Assembly: GCA_017552455.1 (NCBI GenBank)
Contig: JAFZPX010000027.1
Span: forward strand, 59,486-123,485
DNA length: 64,000 bases
Source: Clostridiales bacterium
GTDB taxonomy: Bacteria > Bacillota > Clostridia > Saccharofermentanales > Saccharofermentanaceae
Reading direction: 5' to 3'
Below the pieces are notes generated by a model. It was not told the DNA's origin and searched no databases. It saw only the letters and a program-made list of their open reading frames with translations. Below, piece after piece: positions 1 through 8,239 of this stretch. Within the stretch, counting starts at the first letter, position 1; each line of letters starts with the position of its first letter. A program made the translations under genes and the position numbers.

Positions 1-773
1 GATGTTGTAGCTGCTTCCTTGCCATATCTTTGAAGTCTGTAGATTATCCTGTCAGACAGCTTATCAACTGACAGGTCATAGCGCTGTGCATAGAAGCCCT
101 GAAGATATGAAGCATTGAAAGGCTTAAGCTCAGAACAGTCATAAGGCTCGATCGACTCCATAAGATCGTCCTTCATATTGACGGCTCCGTCGAAAGGGAC
201 ATTCTTCACTCCGATATCGATATCGGATACGACTGTATACTTATCCGAGCTTTTAAGATCTTCCCTGTAGCCGACACCGTGAGTATGCATCTTGCACTCG
301 GCATCCATGAGCCAGAACGGAACATAGATGCCTGTAATCTTCTTTATGTTGTTGTCGTTAAAGAAATGATGCGGTGCATATTTGCCGTTCTTAGCAAACT
401 CCTTTATCTTCTCAAGGGCCTGCTCCCTTGTGATCTTAAACGGGATAACATAGTCCGGACGGAACTGCTTTGTCAGACGCTGTGTAACCAAAGAAGGCGA
501 TCCGCAGAACGCACAGAAGGTCGCACTTGTATTGTTGTCAGCGATGATGTTTGCGCCGCATGAATTACAAACAATCTCATGCTTATCATCTTCGTTCTCA
601 TCCGCCGCCTCCTGATCTAGACTTACGATCTGAGAAAGAAGCTCCAGCTTCTCAGGGCTGAATGTTCCGCCGCAGAATGAACAGGTCAGCACCTGCTCCT
701 GTGCATCGAAGATAAGATTGCCGCCGCACGCGGGGCACTTATTTGAATGTCCGAGATTCTCATTAATGCTCAT
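1..773 (-). CDS. Zn-ribbon (CxxC) protein, runs off window edge; paralog of 1196..2368
   Basis: Not in the ORF track. Translated by hand from ATG at 773: MSINENLGHSNKCPACGGNLIFDAQEQVLTCSFCGG... Later CNSCGA, CAFCGS and YVIPFKI match the architecture of 1196..2368. GGAGG SD upstream. Confidence 0.8.
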   Translation of the reverse strand, partial: MSINENLGHSNKCPACGGNLIFDAQEQVLTCSFCGGTFSPEKLELLSQIVSLDQEAADENEDDKHEIVCNSCGANIIADNNTSATFCAFCGSPSLVTQRLTKQFRPDYVIPFKITREQALEKIKEFAKNGKYAPHHFFNDNNIKKITGIYVPFWLMDAECKMHTHGVGYREDLKSSDKYTVVSDIDIGVKNVPFDGAVNMKDDLMESIEPYDCSELKPFNASYLQGFYAQRYDLSVDKLSDRIIYRLQRYGKEAATT

Positions 774-812
774 TTATATATCCCTCCACATTCCAACATT
801 AGAGGATATATT

Positions 813-841
813 ATTAAGAAATCCTTAAACCTGCCTTGACC
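813..841 (-). promoter_or_regulatory. Three 11-bp-period direct repeats (OmpR/CiaR-like box)
   Basis: Minus strand reads GTCAAG-N5-TTTAAG-N5-CTTAAT upstream of the gene starting at 773. Confidence 0.4.
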
Positions 842-845
842 TATA

Positions 846-1196
846 TCAAGTCGCATCATTCTTCGGCTTGAATAGCGGGATATCTACTTCAGGCAGATCT
901 TCATAATCCGGGAATTCATCATCAAGATACGAATAGTCGCCGGGCTTCATCCCGTTCGGTATGAGGTACTCTTCCTTGAATCTCTTAAAATAAGTATTCT
1001 TACTGTCACTATCTACACCATTACGGCGCCAGATTATATCAATGGGACTGTCAGAGTACTCATTGAATCCTCCTGCCGAATCACCCAGCACGTTAGACTT
1101 CGCCAGAAACTTCGACCATATGGCAAGTGATATGATCGTTCCGGCACCGGTGCCAAGAAGTATGGCTACAATAAGCTTAATGATAAACGCAACCAT
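846..1196 (-). CDS. Hypothetical membrane-anchored protein
   Basis: N-terminal hydrophobic helix followed by an acidic domain. Start overlaps the upstream stop (TAATG). Confidence 0.6.
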   Translation of the reverse strand: MVAFIIKLIVAILLGTGAGTIISLAIWSKFLAKSNVLGDSAGGFNEYSDSPIDIIWRRNGVDSDSKNTYFKRFKEEYLIPNGMKPGDYSYLDDEFPDYEDLPEVDIPLFKPKNDAT

Positions 1197-2368
1197 TATC
1201 CCTGCCTCCTTCTGACATAGTGAAGTGTCTGTGATGACTTAGTAAGCTGTAATGTGCTTCTGAATCTCTTAAGTCTATTGATTACTCCCGCGACAGCGGC
1301 ACTTATTCCGGCAAAAGCATATACCAGGAACTGGAGGATATCCGAAGCCAGGTCACTGTTCATAAAATAGATGAGATAACCTATCACATGGTAGAGCGCA
1401 TACGACAGCGCGACCGATAAGACTGCGGCAGTCAGTATGGTCAAGGAAAGAAATCTCTTCTTATCAAACGGGAACGTTCCTACTGCCTTACCCGTATCAC
1501 CATTTATAAGCACGGTAAGAGGTTCGCCGTTATACTGCATGGTGATAAACCAGCACGGCAGCATTACATAAACCCTGTCATCATTTATCTCTGTATAAGG
1601 ATATGAATCAATGAGTCTTACGTTTCTTGCATGAACCTCACTTACGACTGCCTGTCTGAACATGTCATCAGAACGGCGGTTGGCAGCATTGATGATCTCC
1701 TGCTCAGTAAGATCATTCATATCCGAGTAGAAGCCCGCCAGGTAATGCTCGTTAAAGGGTTGAAGCGCCGTCAGATCAAACGGCTCAAGCTTCTCGGAAG
1801 TATAGTCATTCAAAGCCTTGGAAGCATCGAGCAAAAGATTCTTGAATGTAGCTTTGCCTGTTCGCTCGAAGTACATCGTCTCGGTATTATCATTGTCGTT
1901 AGTAACCTTACCCGACAGGAACGAAGCGTTGTAGTGTTCAGCATTAACTATCCAATACGGAATATAAATGCCGCGAACAGACTCAGGCTTAAAATGCTTT
2001 ATCTTATAGGGAACAAAGAATCCGGCCTTAATCCTCATCTGAAGGATCTTTACAGCCTGTTCCTGGGAGACCGAGAAAGGAAGAATAAATTCCGGTCTTC
2101 TCTGCTTAGCAACTCTGCTGAATACAACGGCCGGGTTACCACAGTAGATGCAGTAAGTAGATACTTCAGTATCGTTTACTATTATCTCGCCGCCACAGTG
2201 ATCACATACATAGATATTACAATCCATGTATTGCTCTTCATATTCAGTCCTGTCCTTAACGTCGACGTCACGCACATCAAAATGCGTTCCGCACATCTTG
2301 CAGAACAGTCTCTCTTTTATCGGATCATAGATCAGCGGACCGCCGCAGTTTTGACATAACGAAGCCAT
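1196..2368 (-). CDS. Double Zn-ribbon membrane protein (TFIIB-type ribbon family)
   Basis: CQNC/CKMC/CDHC/CIYC motifs, ILPF...YIPYW, NGDTGKAVG and C-terminal TM helices. TTCATA-16-TATAAT promoter upstream. Confidence 0.8.
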   Translation of the reverse strand: MASLCQNCGGPLIYDPIKERLFCKMCGTHFDVRDVDVKDRTEYEEQYMDCNIYVCDHCGGEIIVNDTEVSTYCIYCGNPAVVFSRVAKQRRPEFILPFSVSQEQAVKILQMRIKAGFFVPYKIKHFKPESVRGIYIPYWIVNAEHYNASFLSGKVTNDNDNTETMYFERTGKATFKNLLLDASKALNDYTSEKLEPFDLTALQPFNEHYLAGFYSDMNDLTEQEIINAANRRSDDMFRQAVVSEVHARNVRLIDSYPYTEINDDRVYVMLPCWFITMQYNGEPLTVLINGDTGKAVGTFPFDKKRFLSLTILTAAVLSVALSYALYHVIGYLIYFMNSDLASDILQFLVYAFAGISAAVAGVINRLKRFRSTLQLTKSSQTLHYVRRRQG

Positions 2369-2442
2369 AAAATCATCCCTGTAAAGTTATTCCTCTACTA
2401 TTATACTGTATCGGAACAACTTATGAAGGGATGATTGTTCTA

Positions 2443-2913
2443 TCAGATTACTTCGATCTTAAGTGTGCTGTTCTTACCATTAAGCTCGATGACATTGGAA
2501 GAAGCAGGATCGGCAACAGCTCCACACTCGATGGCATTACCCTTGCCCTCACACACTGTGCGGAAGCTGTAGTTCGAAGGAACCTTAAGCACTGCCGTTC
2601 CGCCCACCATGTTGATATCGATAGATCCTGTCACATTAGTGATCTGAACTTCGACACTGCCCTTGGCATCTATCTCACACTTCTCAAAGACCATCCCCTC
2701 CATCGTAAGCTTCGCGTCTTCGATATTGAGCTCGATATGCTCTGCTTCACCGGGAAGACCGATGTTGGCATTTGTCTTCTCCAGGATGTCGATGTCTACA
2801 TTATGGCGGTCAGCATCAAGCTTAACATCACAAGGCACGCTGATGGTGTTATCACTTGTACCGTACACTCTGATCTCGCTGTTATTTCTGATCTTGATAT
2901 CGTAGTCTTTCAT
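2443..2913 (-). CDS. Small beta-rich protein, DUF4097/adhesin-like
   Basis: Alternating beta-strand pattern (GSVEVQITNVTGSIDINMVGG). GGAGG SD. Confidence 0.55.
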   Translation of the reverse strand: MKDYDIKIRNNSEIRVYGTSDNTISVPCDVKLDADRHNVDIDILEKTNANIGLPGEAEHIELNIEDAKLTMEGMVFEKCEIDAKGSVEVQITNVTGSIDINMVGGTAVLKVPSNYSFRTVCEGKGNAIECGAVADPASSNVIELNGKNSTLKIEVI

Positions 2914-2986
2914 TTCCCTAACCTCCGTTAAATGTTTTTGTTGTACTCATCTTAACGCGGGGCTGAAAGCAATACTTGAATAGTCT

Positions 2987-3014
2987 CTTATTTATTCCTT
3001 AATTATCTCTTAAA
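2987..3014 (-). promoter_or_regulatory. CiaR/OmpR-like direct repeats
   Basis: Minus strand TTTAAG-N5-ATTAAG-N5-AATAAG, upstream of a TAAGAT -10 for 2443..2913. Confidence 0.45.
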
Positions 3015-3031
3015 TCGCAAGAATGCATGGA

Positions 3032-3553
3032 TCAGGAAATATCGATCCAATAGCGCTCGAGATACAAATTCCTGCTTGTCTCATGAGCCATAGACTCGAA
3101 GATTCCGCCGTTATTCATAATGACTCTGCGGCTTCCCTCATTCCTGTGAAGACATGTAACAAGCACCATCTCGAGCCCGATCTTACGGCACTCCTTCAGT
3201 GCCAGTCTTAACATATCAGTGCCATAACCGTTACGCCTTTCTTCAGGCGCGATACAGTAACCTATATGTCCTCCGAACTTCTCCAGGAAATCATTCAGGC
3301 GATGTCTTATCTGTATCATGCCGATGATCTTACGGTCTTCTTCCCTGACATAGATATACTGCGTTGCAGGAACCAATCCTTCTTTCACCTTATCCGGGTC
3401 TTTGCAGGCTCTGACAAAAGATATCCAGCGCGAAGGATCTTCATAAGTCTTGAGAGACCCCGTTCCGTCCATCGTATCCCCGCACTGAAGAAGCCCCCTG
3501 CGGAACTCACGAATCTGCTGTGCGTATTCCATTGTCGGCTCGATAAGTCTCAT
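3032..3553 (-). CDS. GNAT family N-acetyltransferase
   Basis: GGHIGYCIAPEERRNGYGT acetyl-CoA motif. Start moved to ATG 3553 because the track's longer start overlaps the divergent gene. Confidence 0.85.
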   Translation of the reverse strand: MRLIEPTMEYAQQIREFRRGLLQCGDTMDGTGSLKTYEDPSRWISFVRACKDPDKVKEGLVPATQYIYVREEDRKIIGMIQIRHRLNDFLEKFGGHIGYCIAPEERRNGYGTDMLRLALKECRKIGLEMVLVTCLHRNEGSRRVIMNNGGIFESMAHETSRNLYLERYWIDIS

Positions 3554-3591
3554 ATTGACATTATAACCTACGAAAGTAGTAAGATATACGC

Positions 3592-4047
3592 ATGATTGAA
3601 TACAGAATCGCAACTGACAAAGATATCGAACTTATGATGCAAAGCCGCCTTGAGATGCTTCGTGTGGTTAATAATCTAGGCGATGATTACGAATTCTCGG
3701 AAGACATCGTCAATAACAGCCGCGAGTATTTCCTGAACGGGGATCAGTCAACGGTACTAGTACTCGACGGTGACAAGGTCATCGGCTGTGCTTCCATGAG
3801 CTACATAACTATCATGCCTACGTTCTCTCATCCCTCCGGCAAGCGCGCTCATCTTATGAACGTCTATACCAACCCTTCCTACAGAAGACAGGGCATTGCA
3901 CGTAAGATGGTGAATATGCTGATTGACGATGCATGGAGTAAAGGCGCGACAGAGATCAGCCTCGATGCTACCAAGTTAGGCCGTCCTCTTTATGAGTCTA
4001 TGGGATTCATAGATTCAAATGAATGTATGGTGCTTGTAAAGAATTAA
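3592..4047 (+). CDS. GNAT family N-acetyltransferase
   Basis: NVYTNPSYRRQGIA and LYESMGF motifs. Confidence 0.9.
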   Translation: MIEYRIATDKDIELMMQSRLEMLRVVNNLGDDYEFSEDIVNNSREYFLNGDQSTVLVLDGDKVIGCASMSYITIMPTFSHPSGKRAHLMNVYTNPSYRRQGIARKMVNMLIDDAWSKGATEISLDATKLGRPLYESMGFIDSNECMVLVKN

Positions 4048-5149
4048 GCTTTCGCCCAAGTTCACGGGCGCTTTCTCTCATCTTATCGGAAACAATAACC
4101 TTCTTCGCCTTCTCTCTTATCACTTCGGCGCAGAATTCATCCTGTTCAAGCCTTATGCCCGCATTATTCTTCACGAGCGACTCGGCGTTGAATCTTCTCT
4201 CGAACACTTTGCCCGGCACCACGATCTGCGGCACGCCGTGCTGGAGGCCGTCGACTATACTGTTCTGGCCTCCGTGGTTTATAAACAGACACGCGTCATC
4301 CAAAAGCTCGTCGAACTCCCACCTGTGAGCAATCCAGATATTGCCGTCCGTTTCTTCTTTAAGATACGAGGAAGCTATATACACATCGTAAGGACTCCCT
4401 CGAAAAGCTTCTGAGATCTCATCCTTCATCTTCTTTGCCGTGATGGTCCCGTTGCCCATATAGACCAGGATCTTATTACGTTCACGCTCGTGCACATCCA
4501 TATGCACTTTCTTGAGTGCCCCGCAGAACTTCACGCCTTCGCCAAAAGGCTCAAGCTCTTTTATACTGAAGCAGTACCTTTCGTCAGCCCAGTCAAAGAG
4601 CATAAGCGCAGACTCTACCTGCGGCAGCCCCACCTCCTGCAAAAAGCGGTTGAGACCGTGCGCGAGCTTCGCGCTATGCGCGTACGAATGCTGTGTAGGG
4701 TAACTTACTGTGGCAAAGAGTTTTACGTTCTCGAGCTTAGAGGCGATGATCGCAGATATGTTGAACTCAGAGTAGACAACGTCCGCCTTAAACTCCACGA
4801 TAGCGCGCCTTATGTCAGACACGCTCTTTACTATGTACTTATAATCGAGATTGCCCGTTAAGTGCAGCACCTCGTCAAAGCTCGGTACCGCTTTATGCGA
4901 AGTGATGCCGAGTTTCTGAGCGACAGGAAAAGACTTGGTCGCGATAGGCTCGGGAAGGCCTAACGGCATAGGTATATCAAGGAAGTAATTCGTAATGCCT
5001 GTAAGAGGGCGGAAGTTGACATCTTCTGCCATGCAGGTCGCGACTTGGGCTCCTGCCTCTTTATACCCTTTCGCAAGCTTGCAGCACCTTGAGACCGGGC
5101 CCGAAGTCTCGGCCATAGCGGACATAGGTACTACAAGTATTCTCATCAT
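4007..5149 (-). CDS. GT-B glycosyltransferase (GT1/GT28 C-terminal-like)
   Basis: LFINHGGQNSIVDGLQHGVPQIVVP...NA nucleotide-sugar signature and VYMGNG. Confidence 0.8.
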   Translation of the reverse strand: MMRILVVPMSAMAETSGPVSRCCKLAKGYKEAGAQVATCMAEDVNFRPLTGITNYFLDIPMPLGLPEPIATKSFPVAQKLGITSHKAVPSFDEVLHLTGNLDYKYIVKSVSDIRRAIVEFKADVVYSEFNISAIIASKLENVKLFATVSYPTQHSYAHSAKLAHGLNRFLQEVGLPQVESALMLFDWADERYCFSIKELEPFGEGVKFCGALKKVHMDVHERERNKILVYMGNGTITAKKMKDEISEAFRGSPYDVYIASSYLKEETDGNIWIAHRWEFDELLDDACLFINHGGQNSIVDGLQHGVPQIVVPGKVFERRFNAESLVKNNAGIRLEQDEFCAEVIREKAKKVIVSDKMRESARELGRKLNSLQAPYIHLNL

Positions 5150-6018
5150 GCTTCCTTCTTCTTATTTCTGAATATGAGCCAGAGAGCCCACGCACACAAG
5201 AGCACTTCAGCTATTACAGAAGGGATAGTTCCTTCTATGCCGAATGTCGGATCGTACCAGAAACTCGGAGATGCAGCCTCAAGATGCAGGAAAGAACCCT
5301 GTGAGACGATACCCGAGTTCGGAAGACCGAAGAGAATGCTCTGTGTGAAGTTCCACATGGTATGTATCGCATACGCCATCCAGATACTCTTTCTCGCATA
5401 TACGATAAGGCTTAAACCAACACCGCAGATAACTATCTGCAGGAAAGAAGTAACCGTGATTCCCGTATTTCCGAGATGAAGCGCACCGAAGAGCAATGCA
5501 TTCGCTGTTACTGCGAACCATGCAGGGTAACGCTCAGCATGAGACTGATAGATATAACCTCTCGTTACCATCTCCTCTGCACTGGACTGAATGCAGACAC
5601 AAAGGAATGTGACTATAAGATACACGGGCATGAACTTGCCTACAGAGAAGTGCAGATCTCCGTGCAGCCAGGCAAAGAGGATGCAGCCGCCGTTCATGAT
5701 AAAACCGATGAGAATTCCAAGAAGGAATTCTTTAATGGTATTGCCCTTCAAGCCGCCTTTACGCGCAGGAAAGAAAGTCCTGAATACCGGTCTGTCCACG
5801 AGGAAACAGAACAGAAGCACGCATACCCATATGCCGAAGAATGCAGCATAATCCAAAGAGAATCTCCACATATCAGACGGATCAAATATGCGGACTAATA
5901 TCGCTTCTCCAATCAAACCGCCAAACTGACCCGCAATCGTCAGAACAAATCCTATAAGCAAAGGCCAAAGCCAGAAATGCAACTTTTTCTTAGGTTTGGT
6001 TGCAGTATTGTTTTCCAT
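5146..6018 (-). CDS. CPBP/CAAX family intramembrane metalloprotease
   Basis: EExxxRG (AEEMVTRG), FGALH and HTMWN motifs. Polytopic. Confidence 0.9.
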   Translation of the reverse strand: MENNTATKPKKKLHFWLWPLLIGFVLTIAGQFGGLIGEAILVRIFDPSDMWRFSLDYAAFFGIWVCVLLFCFLVDRPVFRTFFPARKGGLKGNTIKEFLLGILIGFIMNGGCILFAWLHGDLHFSVGKFMPVYLIVTFLCVCIQSSAEEMVTRGYIYQSHAERYPAWFAVTANALLFGALHLGNTGITVTSFLQIVICGVGLSLIVYARKSIWMAYAIHTMWNFTQSILFGLPNSGIVSQGSFLHLEAASPSFWYDPTFGIEGTIPSVIAEVLLCAWALWLIFRNKKKEA

Positions 6019-6080
6019 TTGATTTCTCCATATAATAAAGGAAATTTTACTTATTATACACGAAAGGGGACGTACTTTGT

Positions 6081-6710
6081 ATGAGCTATGAATCTGAACG
6101 TAAAAGATTACTGGAAGGAAAGCTCTACTGCCCTTTCAAGATCCTCGATGATACATGGAATGATGTTCACAAGGCACAGAAAGAGTTTAACGAGTCGGAA
6201 TTCTGGCACGACAACACTGCTTTCGAGAAGCTTAAGAAGTGCTTCGGAAGCGCACCCGATGACCTCGTGCTGATCGCACCGGTCTACTTCAACCACGGTG
6301 ATAAAGTCTTCTTCGGAAAGCACTTTTTCGCGAATGCAGGTCTCACCATATTGGATGAGAATGAGGTCAGATTCGGCAACGACGTTATGCTCGGACCCAA
6401 CTGCAATATCCTCGCCGCTTCACATCCTACGGATGCAGTTATAAGAAGAGAAGCACTTGTTTATGCCCTTCCCGTTACCATCGGCAACGACGTATGGATC
6501 GGCGGCAACGTTACGATCAATCAGGGCGTCACCATCGGCGACGAAGTCATAATCGGATCAGGTTCTGTCGTAACCAAGGACATCCCTTCTCACACAATAG
6601 CTGCAGGCAATCCGTGCAAGGTCATCCGCGAACTTACAGACGAAGATAAGAAGTATTGGGAAGACCAGCTTAAGGAATATCAAGACTACTGCAAAGAAGA
6701 AGAGGGCTAA
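6081..6710 (+). CDS. Sugar O-acetyltransferase (maltose/galactoside acetyltransferase family)
   Basis: Hexapeptide repeats, PVTIGNDVWIGG and GSVVTKDIP...AGNPCKVIR. Confidence 0.9.
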   Translation: MSYESERKRLLEGKLYCPFKILDDTWNDVHKAQKEFNESEFWHDNTAFEKLKKCFGSAPDDLVLIAPVYFNHGDKVFFGKHFFANAGLTILDENEVRFGNDVMLGPNCNILAASHPTDAVIRREALVYALPVTIGNDVWIGGNVTINQGVTIGDEVIIGSGSVVTKDIPSHTIAAGNPCKVIRELTDEDKKYWEDQLKEYQDYCKEEEG

Positions 6711-8224
6711 TGACGAAGACTTCACGCCTAACGATTAACAAATCCGATAAGATATCCGACATCGATGACAGACTCTACGGATCGTTCATAGAGCATCTCG
6801 GAAGAGCTGTTTACGATGGTATTTACGAGCCCTCTCATCCGAGCGCGGACGAGAACGGCATGCGCGAAGATGTCATAGATCTTGTTAAGGAACTTAACGT
6901 TCCCGTCGTACGTTACCCGGGCGGCAACTTCGTCTCTAATTACTTCTGGGAAAACGGTGTAGGTCCGAAGGAAAACCGTAAGAAAAGACTCGATCTTGCC
7001 TGGCGTACATTGGAGCCCAATGAAGTCGGAATAAGCGAATTTGTTAAGTGGGCAAAGAAGGTGGGAACTTCCGTTATGATGGCAGTCAACCTCGGCACAA
7101 GAGGAACTGCTGACGCACTTAACCTTCTCGAATACTGTAATCTCGATACCGACAGTTACTATGCTAACCTGCGCCGCGAACACGGCGATAAGAAGCCATT
7201 CGGATTCAGGCTTTGGTGCATGGGCAACGAGATGGACGGACACTGGCAGGTCGGTCACAAGACAGCATATGAATACGGACGCCTTGCTGCCGAGACAGCG
7301 AAAGCCATGAAGATGATGGACGACTCTATCGAGTGTGTAGCATGCGGAAGTGCGAACATCGATCAGCCTACGTTCGCCACATGGGAAAAGGAAGTTCTCG
7401 AACAGGCATATGAGTATGTCGACTACATCTCTTTGCACCAGTATTTCAACAAGAAGGACGGCAGCACAGAAGACTTCTTTGCATCCATTGATAATCTCGA
7501 TACATTCATCGATACGGTATCTTCCATATGCGATGAAGTGAAGGCAAGCAAAGGAAGTGACAAGACAGTCTACCTTTCATTCGATGAGTGGAACTGCTGG
7601 TATCACACACTTGCCGAAGACGATGAGAGAATGAAGAACGATCCGTGGGGACTGGCGCCGCATCTTCTTGAAGACGACTATACATTCGAGGATGCGATCG
7701 TAAACGGACTTGCGTTGATCAAGTTCATCAATCACTCTGACCGCGTTAAGATTGCATGTCTTGCACAGCTCGTTAATGTAATAGCTCCAATAAGGACTGA
7801 GAAAGAGGGACCCGCCTGGAAGCAGACCATCTACTACCCTTATGAGCAAGCCTCGAAGTACGGAAGAGGAACGGCTCTGAAGGCGCAGATAACTACCGGC
7901 AAACACAACACGGATATCTATGAGAATGTCTCCGATGTTGAGGCTGCCGTCGTCTTAAGCAAAGACGAAGAGCAGCTTACAGTGTTCGCTGTAAACAGAC
8001 TTACTGATGAAGATACTGTGCTCGAGGTTGAGCTTAACGGGTTTGAAGGATTTAAAACCGTTTCCTGGCAGGCACTCGAGAGCGACGATATGCTTGTTAC
8101 GAACGACGCTGATAATGAGCGCATTAAGCCTGTAGATAAGACGGTTATTCTCGAGAACGGTGTGCTTAAAGCTACACTTAAGCCTGCTTCCTGGAATGTG
8201 ATCGTATTAAGAAAAGAAGCCTGA
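6710..8224 (+). CDS. abfA: Alpha-L-arabinofuranosidase, GH51
   Basis: GSFIEHLGRAVY, RYPGGNF, GNEMDG (acid/base), FDEWN (nucleophile) and AQLVNVIAPI. Confidence 0.93.
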   Translation: MTKTSRLTINKSDKISDIDDRLYGSFIEHLGRAVYDGIYEPSHPSADENGMREDVIDLVKELNVPVVRYPGGNFVSNYFWENGVGPKENRKKRLDLAWRTLEPNEVGISEFVKWAKKVGTSVMMAVNLGTRGTADALNLLEYCNLDTDSYYANLRREHGDKKPFGFRLWCMGNEMDGHWQVGHKTAYEYGRLAAETAKAMKMMDDSIECVACGSANIDQPTFATWEKEVLEQAYEYVDYISLHQYFNKKDGSTEDFFASIDNLDTFIDTVSSICDEVKASKGSDKTVYLSFDEWNCWYHTLAEDDERMKNDPWGLAPHLLEDDYTFEDAIVNGLALIKFINHSDRVKIACLAQLVNVIAPIRTEKEGPAWKQTIYYPYEQASKYGRGTALKAQITTGKHNTDIYENVSDVEAAVVLSKDEEQLTVFAVNRLTDEDTVLEVELNGFEGFKTVSWQALESDDMLVTNDADNERIKPVDKTVILENGVLKATLKPASWNVIVLRKEA

Positions 8225-8239
8225 TAAGAATCAGGCTTC
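8211..8239. terminator. Hairpin between convergent abfA and Na/Pi genes
   Basis: GAAGCCTGAT-aaga-ATCAGGCTTC, a perfect 10-bp stem. U-tract on the minus strand. Confidence 0.6.
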
